Source: Folioceros fuciformis (lineage: Eukaryota). Taken from it: a stretch of DNA of 64,000 bases. Position numbers and translations under genes: made by a program. This document shows positions 36,323 to 49,099 of the stretch, piece after piece. The notes beneath the pieces were generated by a model, which was not told where the DNA came from, ran no database searches, and saw only the letters and a program-made list of their open reading frames with translations. Where the stretch lies: assembly GCA_049999805.1 (NCBI GenBank), contig JBNGIO010005486.1, positions 1-64,000 of the forward strand. Reading direction: 5' to 3'. The first letter of the stretch is position 1. Each line of letters starts with the position of its first letter.

Positions 36323-38793
36323 ATGCACGCCTCGATGTACGCTGTGCCGGTTCCCTTTGGAGGGTGGGGTCGGGATGCTTTTACTGCATCTTGCTCTCAG
36401 GCCGTGGACTCAGCCGACTGTTGGATGAGAACTGGTCGGGGGAGTGCTGGGTGGTATCACAAGGGCGCTGGCCTGCTACGCCATTCTGAAGTCCTGCAGT
36501 CTTTCCAGGATCGGTTGAGCAGCAATAGCCACGTTGGTAATGAATATGTGGGATGTATACTGCGTTGGCTGTTCAGCTGGCATGGAATATGGAGCTTTAA
36601 AGGCTTTGTTGTCTCTTGCTTGAAGGTAGGCAAAGGCAGGGGATAATCTGCTCCTCGATCACAAAACCTCGTCAGCCCAATGTGGAAAATGCTCCTGAGA
36701 ATCTCGACAAGGAACCACACAAGTACTTCGACCAAGTGGCGATCACAGTCCGGTCAGGGGACGGTGGCAATGGCACAGTGCTTACTATGCCTCGACCTGC
36801 TCTGCCAGGCAAAACAGCTCCTGGCCAGAAGAAGAGTAAAGAGGAGAAGAAGAAGAAGATGAGTACCGTGAAGAGGGGATCGGATGGCAATCTGATTTTG
36901 CCTATGGGAGGGCATGGAGGGGATGTGGTAATCTATGCTGATGAAGGTGTGAGCAGCTTGCTGGAGTTTCACAGAAAGAGGAGGTACAACGCAAAACGTG
37001 GCTCCAACGTGGATTCCATGACGAATGAGCTTTATTCCCATGTTCGCGATGGGGTACCAGCTCCTCCTCTCCGGATTCCTGTTCCCGTGGGTGAGGCTTT
37101 GAAGATTCCTTCGCCTTCTTACCATCTGAGGTGCAGTTGGCTCGGCATTCGCGGTAATCGCTCCTTTGCTCCGGTGCAGGAACGGTTGTCAAGAAGAAAA
37201 GAGGTGGCAAGCTTCTGGCAGATTTAGCTTTTCCAGGAGATGAAATTTTGGTGGCTCGGGGAGGCCATGGTGGGGTGAGTGGCTGTCGTTGGGCAATATT
37301 TGGCTCTCGTGCTGACGGGATGTAGGATCTAAGCCTCGGTGATGATGTGACCATATCAGATAAGCATTATGGAACTGCCCAAGAGCAATCGAAGTCACCT
37401 TCGGCCAATCAATGCACCTACTATGACAGATGCTGAAGACAAGGTGGCTTCTCCACGCCTGTGATTCTGCCATGACGATGCACTACTGTAGCCAAGGCAC
37501 GGTTGATCTGAGTATGTGACTCTAATGGCAGTACAGGTTCTGACAATTGGCACACCAGGAGAAGAGGTTGCACTGGAGTTGACAATGCGCGTGGTGGCAG
37601 ACCTCGGTCTTGTGGTATGTGCATTGTCGATATGTTGCTACATACTTTTGCTCTTGAGAGTGGCAGTAGTTCAACAATCTGTACATTACTTTATTTTTGT
37701 GATGTGCAGGGGCTTCCAAATGCAGGCAAGTCATCTCTTCTTGCTGCTGTCACCCGAGCGAAGCCTGACATTGCAGACTACCCTTTCACAACCCTCATGC
37801 CGAACCTTGGCCGACTCGATGGGGATCCTGAGAAAGCTGATGGAGGACTGGCTATGGGTGCAACTGTGGCGGACCTCCCGGGGCTGATAAAGGATGCTCA
37901 CTTGGGGAAGGTGAGATCCTGCCACACGTTCTTACAACCCGAGTATGTGTCACCACGAGATGAATTCCGTTTCTGTAACCGCTCTTTTGCCCATCTGCCA
38001 GGGACTTGGTCGCATGTTTCTACGACACTTACGTCGTACAAGGCTGCTGATTCACATCGTAGACGCGGCTGCTCCAGATCCTGTTGGGGACTACACAGTT
38101 CTCCGAGAGGTAAAAAAGTCCAATCTGAGGTTCCATAAGCTGAAAGGCTCTGCATGCCGTAGAACTAACGTGCCTTGTCCAGGAGCTACGAATGTACAAC
38201 CCAGAATACGTGCGACGACCACACATCGTAGTTTTGAACAAGCTCGACCTTCCCGAGGTACAAAGCTACGAGATCCAACAAGCTTCAGCCACAGCCTTGA
38301 GGCACTTTTCGGTAATCCCACCGCATCACCCAACGCTCTATGTTGGCAGGCAAATGGCAGGTTTGCAGTCCTGAAGGACTCCATCCTCAACTTCCGAATC
38401 ACCAGCTGTACGGAAGAAGGTCCCGACCAGCCAGTCTCCGCCTCGGCCACGAACTTGGCTGGCACGACAGTGGCAACCCTCCCACAGCTTGAGCCTGACG
38501 CCGGAGCCGAAGCAGCCTTACCCGCAGCATCGGAGGAGTTCCCTCCACCTGTGGCCGTGGTGGGCATAAGTGCCCGGTACGTTGCTCCTCCCATCCTCAC
38601 AACCTCCGTCTCCAGACCTTAGTTACTCAGGCATCGTAACTCTCCCTCCCTCCTCCCCTCTTGCAGGGAAGGCTTTGGCGTGGAAGACTTTCTGAAGCAG
38701 GTCCGAGATGCTTTGAAGAACATAGGAAGCGAAACGAAACAAGCACGACCAGAAACGAGAGTGTTCTACAAGCCTCCGTCTCTGCAACTATGA
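36323..38793 (+). CDS. Obg-family GTPase, OBGC2-like (multi-exon)
   Basis: [29 protein letters not shown]1 [10 protein letters not shown]2 YPFTTL; G3 DLPG; G4 NKLD; TGA 38791-38793. The first exon and start (36323) are inferred from a plausible intron near 36537-36625. Confidence 0.88.
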
Positions 38794-39758
38794 TAGAGCA
38801 CGGCCGTTCCAACACATCTCCGATGTGCCTCCCATGAGATTTTCTCCCCTCCTTAGACGAGGGAACACACTCAAGAAAATAAGAACCATCTTTCCGCCAC
38901 ATTTTCCTTGTCCTCTCATTAGAAGCACTGTTTTCCTTCAGCGACCGGACGCCTGCACGCCGCAAGTAGGGACATGGAGGCGCCGGATTGCGGGATGTGC
39001 GGTCAACAGTGGCGGAGGCTCCAGCGGCTGCCATGGCAGAGCACACACAGGTAGAGTGGGACGTGATATTTGCAGGAAGCGCATATCCCGACAAGGACGA
39101 TGTGAACACAGACGGGGATATTCCGAGCATACTCCTGAGGTGACAGATAGCAGGAAAGCGCCAGGGGGGGGAAGGGAGTCGAGTTTCGCCAGGCGGCGAA
39201 TCTGGCGGAAGGTGCGGACAGAAAGCAAACGGGAGAGCCCTGGACACAGCTCGCCGGCCGGCCGTCCGCGTTCCTCCTCCTGGCTCCTCCCCCGACCGCT
39301 CGCCCCGCTTAGGCCGCTAGGATAGGTAGGATCCACAGCTCTACAGTGCCAGACCCCGGGGAGGTGGGATCCCTAGAGAACCGCGCCCGGCAGCTGCTGC
39401 TGTTCCTGTGCAGGAGCAAGGCATTTCAAATTTCTTTTTGATGTTTCTGGGCAGCTTTCCTACCTGGCGAGCGATGGAGGAGGAGGAGGTGGATTGGAGA
39501 TGTGTGTGGGATGCGTCCAGCGCGGGGCTCAGCTCTGCTGCTGCCAAGAGGCTGCTTGTGGGATGCGGCGTGGCGGGGAGGGGAATTGGGTGCTGCGGCA
39601 ATGGGAGGGCGGCGTTCGGCGGGCTGATGGGGAGGAGGGTGTGGTAGGCATGGGGGATCTGGATTTGGTTTGGCTGGGAGCTGGTGGGGTAGGCTTTTTG
39701 GAGGGCGCGGCGTGACAGACGGCAATCGCGTTTCTGGGTCATGGGACGACGCCAGAGC

Positions 39759-40158
39759 NNNNNNNNNNNNNNNNNNNNNNNNNNNNNNNNNNNNNNNNNN
39801 NNNNNNNNNNNNNNNNNNNNNNNNNNNNNNNNNNNNNNNNNNNNNNNNNNNNNNNNNNNNNNNNNNNNNNNNNNNNNNNNNNNNNNNNNNNNNNNNNNNN
39901 NNNNNNNNNNNNNNNNNNNNNNNNNNNNNNNNNNNNNNNNNNNNNNNNNNNNNNNNNNNNNNNNNNNNNNNNNNNNNNNNNNNNNNNNNNNNNNNNNNNN
40001 NNNNNNNNNNNNNNNNNNNNNNNNNNNNNNNNNNNNNNNNNNNNNNNNNNNNNNNNNNNNNNNNNNNNNNNNNNNNNNNNNNNNNNNNNNNNNNNNNNNN
40101 NNNNNNNNNNNNNNNNNNNNNNNNNNNNNNNNNNNNNNNNNNNNNNNNNNNNNNNNNN
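39759..40158. other. Assembly gap (400 N)
   Basis: Run of N. It probably hides the start of the PXA-PX gene. Confidence 1.
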
Positions 40159-43100
40159 TCCAGGAACGGGGGGAATGCTGGGCAGGGGGGAAAAGAGGGG
40201 CGGTGGCGGCGGGCGGTGGACTCTCCTGTTGTGGAGGCTGCGATTGAGGAGTTCACTGAGTGTGTTGTGAATGAATGGGTGTTGCAGCTCTGGTTTTCGG
40301 CTTTGTCTCCGGATCTGGAGGTTCCGGAGGAGATCAGGCTGCTGCTGAATGGGGTGATTGGGGAGGTGGCGCAGAGGGCGAGGAAGGTGAACCTGGTTAG
40401 CCTGCTGACGAGGGATGTGGTAGATCTCGTGAAGGGGCAGCTGAAGCTCTTCAGGAAAACGCAGTCCACTGTTGGTGCGGATGTGCTGGCCAGGCTCTCG
40501 TCAGAGAAAAGAGATGAGAGGTTGAAGCAGGTTTTAGTGGAGTCCCGGCAGTTGCATCCGGCTATGGTTTCGGTGGATGCGGAGTATGAGGTGCTGCGGA
40601 GGCTGATGGGGGAGGTTGTCGATCTTGTGTTGCGACCGCAGGATAAGCAGAACAAGCTAGTGCGGGGCCTTGCACGGGAGCTTCTAGGCTGTGCGGTGAT
40701 GCGGCCTATTGTAAATTTGGCCAACCCTGGGCTTATCAATCAGGTTATTGAAGGCCGTGTGCTGGCAGCAAGGAACAAGGTTCGTATGGAGCAGCCTTTG
40801 AAGAGCACGGCCGTTCCTGTGAAAGTGAACAAGCTGGCGCGGACTGTCTCTGATGACTTGTCTATGGAGATGTCGACCATGGCGGTTTCGGGGGAGATCC
40901 CCCCATCTGGTGGTGTGCACGGCCCTGCGGAGGCCGAGCCTGCCGTTGCGGGGGTCGTAGTAGGAACTTCTGCCCAAGCTATTTGGTCTTATGGCGCTAC
41001 CAAAAGACAGTCCAGTGCCTCCAGAGGCTGGTCGCGAACTGTTGATGTGGCGAGTAGCAAGAAGACCCAAGTCCTTGCTCCGGAACACTTGGATAACATG
41101 TGGACGAAAGGGCGGAATTACAAAAAGAGGGAGGTGAAATCTCTGTCACCTAAGGTAGCTCAGCTGGTGCCAATCGCAGCAGTAGGCAAGACCCAAGAGT
41201 TAGGACCTCCGTCAAGTGCTTGTGAGCAGGTCCGGGAGGAGTATGAGGAAGAGATTGCGTCTGCTGTTAGTACACGGAGCAGAAAAGATCCTTCGAATGT
41301 AGTGCACAGCAAGCAGAACAGCCAGAGGACATCAGATCACAAGAAAAATGTGCAGTCAAAAAATGGTCCTGTAGTGAAACCGGCGCAAGCCGCTGTCGGG
41401 AAAATGTTGCTTGACGACTACGAAGAGGAAGACGTGCCTGGAATCGGGTTTGCTGGTGCTAAATGTAGCAAAGCGACGGCGGCCAACAGCGCTGTGGGCT
41501 CCCATGTTAACGTCGAGCCCCTGAAGGTGTCTGAAGCTAAAAAGCACCCTCTCAGCTTTTTTGATGATAGGCCACTCTCTGCTGAAAATTCTTCGCAATT
41601 TCAGAGTGTGAGAGCTCCACAGTCATGGTTGCAACACAGAAGAACCAAGAGTGGCTCAGGGTTGGACTCCTGGCAACGGGGACTTGATGATCATCAGGAT
41701 GATCAAGGTAATTCCTCCAGAAGCTTAGATGCGAGTGTGGTGAGTCCACGTATGGAAGGACAGGGCCTTAAGCCTGTAAGTGTCAAGGCACCTGAAGAAG
41801 CAGGATATGGATCTGGCAGCCTGTTAGCATCTTCCCCTGACAACTTTTTCTGCAAAGTCGTGGGTTATAATATTGTCAAGGATGTTCAAGCAAGGCCCTT
41901 TGTAGTATACACGATCTCAGTCAGAGACTCTCTGAATCGAATCTGGAAAGTGCAAAGGAGATTCAGCAATTTTGAGAAGTTACACCGACGTTTGAAGGAG
42001 ATACCTTTCTATGATCTCAATCTTCCACCCAAGAGATACCTGTCTTCTAACATGGAGGATGCTTTTATACTTCAAAGATGCCAACTTCTTGATGTGTACC
42101 TGCAGGAACTGTTGTCCCGTCCAAGTATATCTGAGCAGCATGAAGTGTGGGATTTTCTCAGCAAGAACTCGGTTAGTTATGGGTTCGATAGTGCAGAATC
42201 TATTATCAAGACTTTGGCCGGCAATGTCGACGATGCAGTCGATGATGTCTTCCGTCACATCCGGTGGGTGTCGGATGACTTTCAGGAAGCATTGAAGACG
42301 GCCGCTGGTATGAAGAAGCGTGTGAATGTTGGTTCAACGTCCTTGGTAGACTCCTCATTTCCTGCGTCAGATCTTCCACAGACACTTCTCTTGACAGAGG
42401 CTGCTTACGGTGAGAGGGGTCTAGCAGCTCATATGCTGGATGACGAGGATCTGGGGGATCTGGAGAACAGGCCCCCTCCGTTACAGTATGAAATTTATTC
42501 AGACAGCGAGTTGCCCTATAGATCCTTTGCACAACATCAAACTAGCAGGTATCAGGAGTACCGGGGAAGAAAAACGGAAAAGGCCTTGTCTGAAGGGCAC
42601 TCCCCAGTTGAATCATTAGGTGGGTCAGACACAATAGATGATGATCTTGGCATACCTCAGGAATGGGCGCCACCAAAACTGAGCGTTCCCCTTCTGAATC
42701 TAGTAGATGTTATTTTTCAGCTTGAAGCTCGTGGGTGGATCAGGCGGCAAGTGTTTTGGATGGCTAAGGAAGCACTGCAGCTAGTTATGGGAGACACCCT
42801 GGACGATTGGCTGCTCACCAAAATTCAGTGGCTACGGAAGGAGGAAGTGGTTGCCTCTGGCATCAGCTGGGTAAGAGGTATTTTGTGGCGGGATGGCCTC
42901 TTCATCACCAAACGCAATGGGGCAAACAACTCAGCACCGCGTGCAAACAGTGGGCCTGGTAGCCTGGGTCAGCCACAACCTTTAACATTCGAGCAGCAGA
43001 GGGAGGCAGCTCGGCGGAAAGAATTTGTGCGTGAAGTTTTGATTGACAATGCTCCCATAGCCCTGGTGAGCCTGATTGGCCGGAAGGAGTATCAGAGGTG

Positions 43101-43239
43101 TGCCAAAGACATCTTCTACTTTATCCAGTCACCACTGTTTGTGAAACAGCTAGGTTTTAGTCTTCTAGAGATTCTTATTCTTGCAGCCTTTCCTGAGCTC
43201 CACGATGTCGTTCTTGATGTCCGAAGCTCTGTACTGTGA
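40159..43239 (+). CDS. PXA + PX + Nexin_C domain sorting-nexin-like protein (5' end in gap, visible part intronless)
   Basis: PXA: WRRAVDSPVVEAAIEEF...VNLVSLLTRD...LHPA. Conserved LAPEHLDNMWTKGRNYKK. PX: FVVYTISV...WKVQRRFSNFEKLHRRLKEIPFYDLNLPPKR. C-terminal EWAPPKLSVPLLNLVDVIFQL...GWIRRQ and FPEL. Confidence 0.92.
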   Translation, partial: SRNGGNAGQGGKEGRWRRAVDSPVVEAAIEEFTECVVNEWVLQLWFSALSPDLEVPEEIRLLLNGVIGEVAQRARKVNLVSLLTRDVVDLVKGQLKLFRKTQSTVGADVLARLSSEKRDERLKQVLVESRQLHPAMVSVDAEYEVLRRLMGEVVDLVLRPQDKQNKLVRGLARELLGCAVMRPIVNLANPGLINQVIEGRVLAARNKVRMEQPLKSTAVPVKVNKLARTVSDDLSMEMSTMAVSGEIPPSGGVHGPAEAEPAVAGVVVGTSAQAIWSYGATKRQSSASRGWSRTVDVASSKKTQVLAPEHLDNMWTKGRNYKKREVKSLSPKVAQLVPIAAVGKTQELGPPSSACEQVREEYEEEIASAVSTRSRKDPSNVVHSKQNSQRTSDHKKNVQSKNGPVVKPAQAAVGKMLLDDYEEEDVPGIGFAGAKCSKATAANSAVGSHVNVEPLKVSEAKKHPLSFFDDRPLSAENSSQFQSVRAPQSWLQHRRTKSGSGLDSWQRGLDDHQDDQGNSSRSLDASVVSPRMEGQGLKPVSVKAPEEAGYGSGSLLASSPDNFFCKVVGYNIVKDVQARPFVVYTISVRDSLNRIWKVQRRFSNFEKLHRRLKEIPFYDLNLPPKRYLSSNMEDAFILQRCQLLDVYLQELLSRPSISEQHEVWDFLSKNSVSYGFDSAESIIKTLAGNVDDAVDDVFRHIRWVSDDFQEALKTAAGMKKRVNVGSTSLVDSSFPASDLPQTLLLTEAAYGERGLAAHMLDDEDLGDLENRPPPLQYEIYSDSELPYRSFAQHQTSRYQEYRGRKTEKALSEGHSPVESLGGSDTIDDDLGIPQEWAPPKLSVPLLNLVDVIFQLEARGWIRRQVFWMAKEALQLVMGDTLDDWLLTKIQWLRKEEVVASGISWVRGILWRDGLFITKRNGANNSAPRANSGPGSLGQPQPLTFEQQREAARRKEFVREVLIDNAPIALVSLIGRKEYQRCAKDIFYFIQSPLFVKQLGFSLLEILILAAFPELHDVVLDVRSSVL

Positions 43240-43447
43240 CTGCCCACCTATCGTCCAAGTCAGCCAATAAAGTTATTGATCAGGCAGCGTACAAGAAGGC
43301 GTCTTGCCCTATGTGTTCCACATGCACCGAAACGCACGTAAACCTCTTAACGAAAATTGTGGCAGACTTGTGCTGGAAGCACGTGAGAGGAGAAAACCTT
43401 TCGCGTGCAGTTGTGTAGGCTATGTGGCATTTCTGCTTATCGGAAAG

Positions 43448-46400
43448 CTACGAGAACTGATTATGTTTTAAATGGATTTCCACCCAAGGAGAAACTGGCA
43501 ACAAAATGGAGTCTTTCTTGGGTCCTTTCCCCGTGGGTTCGCTGACGCCGCCTACAACCTCCAGCATGACGCAAGCCTTGGCCACACAAGCCGCGACGGG
43601 GGGACCAACCACCTGCACAACTATGGTAACCTGCTTCCTCAAAGGATCCACTTCTGGAAGGAGGTTTGTAGAGTCCCGTGTTACATCCCAGGTCCCATTT
43701 CCCTTACTGTCGAGAAAGGTGAATTTTGGAGGGCTGTTTTCCAATACGAGCTGCACCCACAACCTAGTTCTGGGGGTGGTGCTCATGTTCCTGATTACGA
43801 CATCCAGTTGAATGCCCAGTGGCAGACCACCTACAATTTGCAGTGGGTTTTCGCACGTGCTGCTTGGAGCTCTGATCTCTGCCTGCAATTCCCTGATAGT
43901 GCCTACATCCTCATAACCACATATAACCAGCTTAGGACAATGAGACAGAGCGAAATCTCTGCCAGCATTCCTCAGCCTGGAAAAGTATGAGACAGCATCG
44001 GCAGCAGTTTCTGCCACAAGCTCTTTTAGTCTTCTGAAAGCTGATTCCTCTTCAGAACCATACGGTCCCCGTCTGTCTGCATTAGCAACTGCTGAGCAAA
44101 TATGTTCCTTAAGGGTTGTCCAAGCGTCTGGAGCGGCAAGGACAGACAGTGAAGCTTGCTTCCAAATCAGGACAAGAAAATCAAGTTCTCGCAAGAACTG
44201 TTCAATCGGTGATTGAAGGCCAATAAAACAGTGTTGCATGCGCCTAACTCGTGTCTCCAGCCTTTGGCAAAGCAGCTGCAAAGAGGTACCTTTCAAAGAG
44301 CTTCCGCCGCTCAGCATAAGACCAGCACGAAACTGGGCAACCAAGGATATACAGTCCACATACAGCATTGTGAACTTGGCTGCCTCATTCCCGTTGTAAG
44401 TTCTGCTTGCAATACCTTGCAAGTCCTGCCGACAGACACTGTTACCAGAGTGATCAGAATACCTCCCGAATCAACAAGGTAGAACCAGACACTCCAATAA
44501 ACATACTGTTGGTCAAACAACCGAAGTCTTACCGGATGATTCTTAGGGACTCACGCAGCCCTTTGGATTCCAGCAATGACAAGGACTTAGTTGCAGTTTC
44601 CACAACGTAAGAAACAGCATCAAACACGTGCGGTGCTCTCAGATCTCCTTTGTGTTCCCCGCGTCCGTTGTCTTTGCTGCGCAGAGATGCTCCTTTGGCA
44701 TCACCTTGTGGGGTTTGCATCCCCCCTTCTGCTTGCAATACTGAAGAAGTACCACGGTTTCTAACCAATGCATCCTTCCCAGACCTCCACGTTACTTGTT
44801 TTGCATTACACCCGACTGAGTGGATTTCAGGGATTGATCCTTCCAGCAACTGATGGCTGTAGTTTCTAGCGTACATGAGCAGGTTGGCTGGGACGATGGA
44901 CAACACCGTGGAAGTCTCTTTTGAAGCACCAATCAACAGGGCCAAAGTTGCAGCAAAACGAGGTTCATCCAGGCCCACCTCACCATACAAAAATGTTCTC
45001 ATCTAAAAAAGGATGATCACACGAATCAACACTGAAACAACAAGAGACTGTGGGGTGCTGACGCACATCCGAAAGGAAAGATAAATCTTCTGATTTTTTC
45101 TGTTGCATAGAGAAATTCGTAACCAACCTCATGTACAAGATCATCGGCAATGGATTCTGTTTGACTTCCATGTGCTGACCCAAACCTTGCAAGTGCTTGC
45201 ACAACGCTCGTGACGTCCTACCATTCCCACAGTGAATCAGCTTGAACCATCCTTTGTAATTAGCTAGGAGGAACACGAATCAGAATTATTTCTTACTTCA
45301 GGGTGTTGCTCCAAGCTGGCTAACAGCTTTTGCACAGTCGCGCGATAAGTTGGAATACTTGAAAGTTTGATCGAGGATAGCAAGTCGTGTACAGCCTTTC
45401 GCATGCCGGCATTTGAATCTTCTAAAACACTGAGAAACTGTGACAAGTGAGCCATGCTAACGTAAACACAGCCAGCTCCTGGCGACATTGGCCTCAAATT
45501 GAATGCCAGGGGCCACAAAAACCAAATAAGAAACGGGGAATGTACCATGTGCAAATGATTTTCCTTGACCACAAGTTGATCTGCATGGGCCAAACTCAGA
45601 AATGCATCCATCGTTTGCATCCGCACGTTTGCTGCATGGTCGTTCAGCATATCCACCAGAAGATCAACGGCGCCTTTTGACATTTTTTTAGAAGAAATGC
45701 TCAACTTAGCCAGTGCCTCAACGGCTGCTGCCCGTACCTGGAATTGCTCAGTAGATAATCAAAGGTCTCAGCAACATTTGTACCCCAGTTGTGCTCGCAG
45801 ATGATTGAGTAAACCAAGCAGCATCACAGTGCAAGAATCTCACTTCATAATACTCATCCTCAAGGCCATGTACAAAAGCTCCTGCGGCACTGCTGTAAAA
45901 CTGGACGCTGGCAGATTCGGACTTCAAAACGTCAGATTCATGAACTGCCTCTGGTGTTCCAGATGAGTCCTTTGAAAGAAGGACCTTTTTGGTCAACGTC
46001 TGAAGCAGCACTGATTCACTGACGAATTTCATATTGCCTAGAGTCTGGCACGCCACCTGCCTTACTCTGAAGCTCACATCAGTAAGCCTCTTGCAGATCT
46101 GCAAATGAACGTAAACACTGGAAGCAACAATGTTACTCTCAGCTGAAATAATTTCCCACTTCGAAACAAATTGCACAACAGCTCAGCCATCGACGAAACC
46201 GAATCGGAAATTTATGCCTGACCTGAATAAATGGATCATCCAATTCATGAGTCTGGGACCCATCCTTCATGCATGAAAGGAGATCTGTTGCCCAATGCCC
46301 AACCTGCACAGCAGACCCAGCCAAAAGAAATGCTTCAATACAAGCCCTTAGGTTTATAATACAAGCCCTTAGGTTTATAATACAAAGCCCGTCGAAATTC

Positions 46401-47387
46401 TCTCACCAGCTCAACGGCAGCAACACGAACTGTTTCGAAAGTGTCATCAAGCAGCTCCACTGCACGCTCGTAACAGCCCCTGGTCAACTTCAATCCCTTT
46501 GAACTGATTAATATCATGGCCCGCAAAGCAGCTTCCCTTACACCCGAGTGAGGATCATTCATATATTCCTCCAAAGCACGAGCCAGCTGATACCTATGAC
46601 CACTATCAGTCCGATCACAGGCAGCTTCTGCAGGGACCTGTGAGTCCCTAACACTTTCAGCAAGCAATCGGATCGCCAACAAGCGCAGCCTTGGATTCAA
46701 GCTCCCCAGCTGCAAATTCACATGTGGTGCGATGGCCTCCCAGCTCAATGAAGAAGTTCCGGTTGCAAGATGGTGCAACGAGCGGAGAATTTGCAGCTTG
46801 ACAATGTCTCCAACCTGGCCATGTCTAGTGGACAGGTACTTCAGCAGAACACTGGTGATGTCTTCCAGCATCGGAAGCTGTACGTTCGTGTCATCCCTTT
46901 CCACTTCCTCGGTATTATGATTCAGGTCAATACCTTCCATATCTATGTCGGCACATCTGTCCTTGTTCAAATCTATCTCCTCAGTCTTCCGACACGCATA
47001 CGCTCCGAAACTACCAGCACTTCCCAGTCCCGTGAATCCTCTAAGGCCACATCCAGGATCCCCAGCTTGCTTGTCCAGAGCTGTAAACTCACCATGCTGT
47101 TCGCCCTTTCGGTCTGGAGAATGGTCGGCAACTGAAGCAGCCAGCAAGGACAGACCGAACACAATCTTCTCCAACACAAAACTATTCTCTTCTTGCCACA
47201 ATTGCCTGATGAATACACCATGGATCAGCTTCACTGCCTCGCTGTCGGGCTCCAAGGACCCGATCTGCGCAATGATACACTGGACTGCCTCAAACCTAAC
47301 CCACACGTCATGATCGCTCAGTCTGATCGCATGCTCGCGGACCACTGCGCTCATCCTCGTCTGCGGTAGGGTTTGGACAACCTCCAT
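43448..47387 (-). CDS. SIEL: HEAT/ARM-repeat protein SIEL (Integrator subunit 4 homolog, multi-exon)
   Basis: DPHSGVREAALRA; CYERAVELLDDTFETVRVAAVELV; VSESVLLQTLTKK; SAAGAFVHGLEDEYYEVR; AVDLLVDMLND. These match the INTS4/SIEL pattern. Confidence 0.88.
46337..46390. repeat. 21-bp tandem repeat (~2.5 copies) in a SIEL intron
   Basis: AATACAAGCCCTTAGGTTTAT twice exactly, plus a partial third copy. Confidence 0.9.
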
Positions 47388-47938
47388 CGCTCCTCGTCTT
47401 CCCTGTGCGATCAAGCCCTCCCGGACTTCCGTCGCGGCTGAGCTGCTGAACACAACGCTAATACGCTCACACTCTTTTTCACTCACTGCCGTTGACAAAT
47501 GCTAATTAAACCCGGACAGTACTTCACCCGATAAGCAACTCACCTGGAGAAGAACGCGTCTCAAAACCCGAACTCAGCGTAGAGATCCTACTCAACGCTC
47601 TTCCTTTCTATACCGGGTAATTTATGAAAAGATGGAAAAATATATTTATGATGGAAACACTAGGGACTAACCCCCTAATTTATTTACTTGAGAAGAACAA
47701 CATAGAGATAAACCATGATAGGAATACTAAGGGTTAACCCTTTAAGCCTAATGACTACCATAGTACCTAAAACATCATGGTTAAGGAGGAGAAAGATCTA
47801 CCTACTACTGCTAGGGTTTCTAACGTTGCCTCTCTTGCCAACGATGTCGTCCTTTCCATACTAGATTTAATCTTTCTATTATCCACGCACTGACCCCATG
47901 AGGAGGACCAAAATCATCCGGCACAGTCACATCATCTT

Positions 47939-48038
47939 NNNNNNNNNNNNNNNNNNNNNNNNNNNNNNNNNNNNNNNNNNNNNNNNNNNNNNNNNNNNNN
48001 NNNNNNNNNNNNNNNNNNNNNNNNNNNNNNNNNNNNNN
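47939..48038. other. Assembly gap (100 N)
   Basis: Run of N in an AT-rich, repeat-like block. Confidence 1.
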
Positions 48039-48190
48039 AACCTTCACTTCAAAACAACCTTTGTTCTATCCAACCTTCAACATAAACCTCAACCCAACTT
48101 CCACTCTATGAAGATTATCATAACTAAATCCCACTATGCTCAAGTTTCAAAAATCTGCCACCATCCCAAGAACCTTCCATCCACATTCTC

Positions 48191-49099
48191 TCATGTTTTT
48201 GTCATTCTTCTCAAAGTTTTTGCCAATCTTCTCAAAGAAAGCAAGGGATAAAATGCTTCAAGGATCTTCTTCTTAAAGCTCTGCCACTCCATCCCATCTA
48301 CACACAAGGTTGCCACCACATTGGACCACCATAGAAGAGTATCACCCACCAAGTGATAATGTATGAACTTCACATACATTTCCTTCTCCAAACCTCGGGC
48401 TTCAAAATACTTCTCCATGTCACCAAACCACTTTGTCATACTACTAGGATCAATGTTGACATTATATATGCACAATCCCCGAGGTGGGTGAGGCAACTCC
48501 ACAGAGTTATTAATCCAAAATACAAGACTAAATCTTACTTGAGGATCATGTCTTTGCCTCTTCATTCTCCACACACCAGGGTTGGAATAATAAGTCGAGA
48601 AGATCAAATAAGACGTCTCCACAACAAGCAGCTCAAACGAGCCATCTTGGAGTTTGAACATACTCCAGTAGGGCTGAACCTCATAAACATAGATGGGTGG
48701 AATGCTCAACCACTCTTTAGTATTCGGATTGAACACCACAAACTCAGTAACAGCCCAGTTACGCTCCCTAAGCCATATGCATATCCAGTCATCCACCACC
48801 AGATACTTGCGAAATTTCGAATTCAAACCATCCCTAAACTTGGAAGGCAGGTAACTGATATCCATGGGCACAAAGGTCCTCATCTTCTCTCCATATCTTC
48901 CTACTTTCCTGTGTGTTCGAAACAATGCAGTGCCATCAACATTAAACCTCCATTCATATGGCCCAAATGCAACAATATAGTCACGAGGACTGGTAAATTG
49001 CTGGCTTGAGCTCGTCATTTCTAAACCTAAACCTACATCAATATATAGTATGAAAATAGGGTTAGAAACATAGTACTTCCCAAAAGAATGATGCAACAT
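48191..49099 (-). mobile_element. LTR-retrotransposon Gag remnant (Ty3/gypsy-like) in frame with an F-box-associated-like segment
   Basis: The C-terminal WFGDMEKYFEARGLEKEMYVKFIHYHLVGDTLLWWSN...MEWQSFKKKILEAFYP fits the retrotransposon Gag pattern. The upstream FVVFNPNTKEWLSIPPI resembles F-box-associated domains. AT-rich and next to a gap. Confidence 0.6.

Noticed and set aside
39426-40739. Long ORFs crossing the N-gap, including the 39670 start of the 1189-aa ORF
   Set aside because: Ns suppress stop codons. Only the post-gap + strand frame has recognisable domains.
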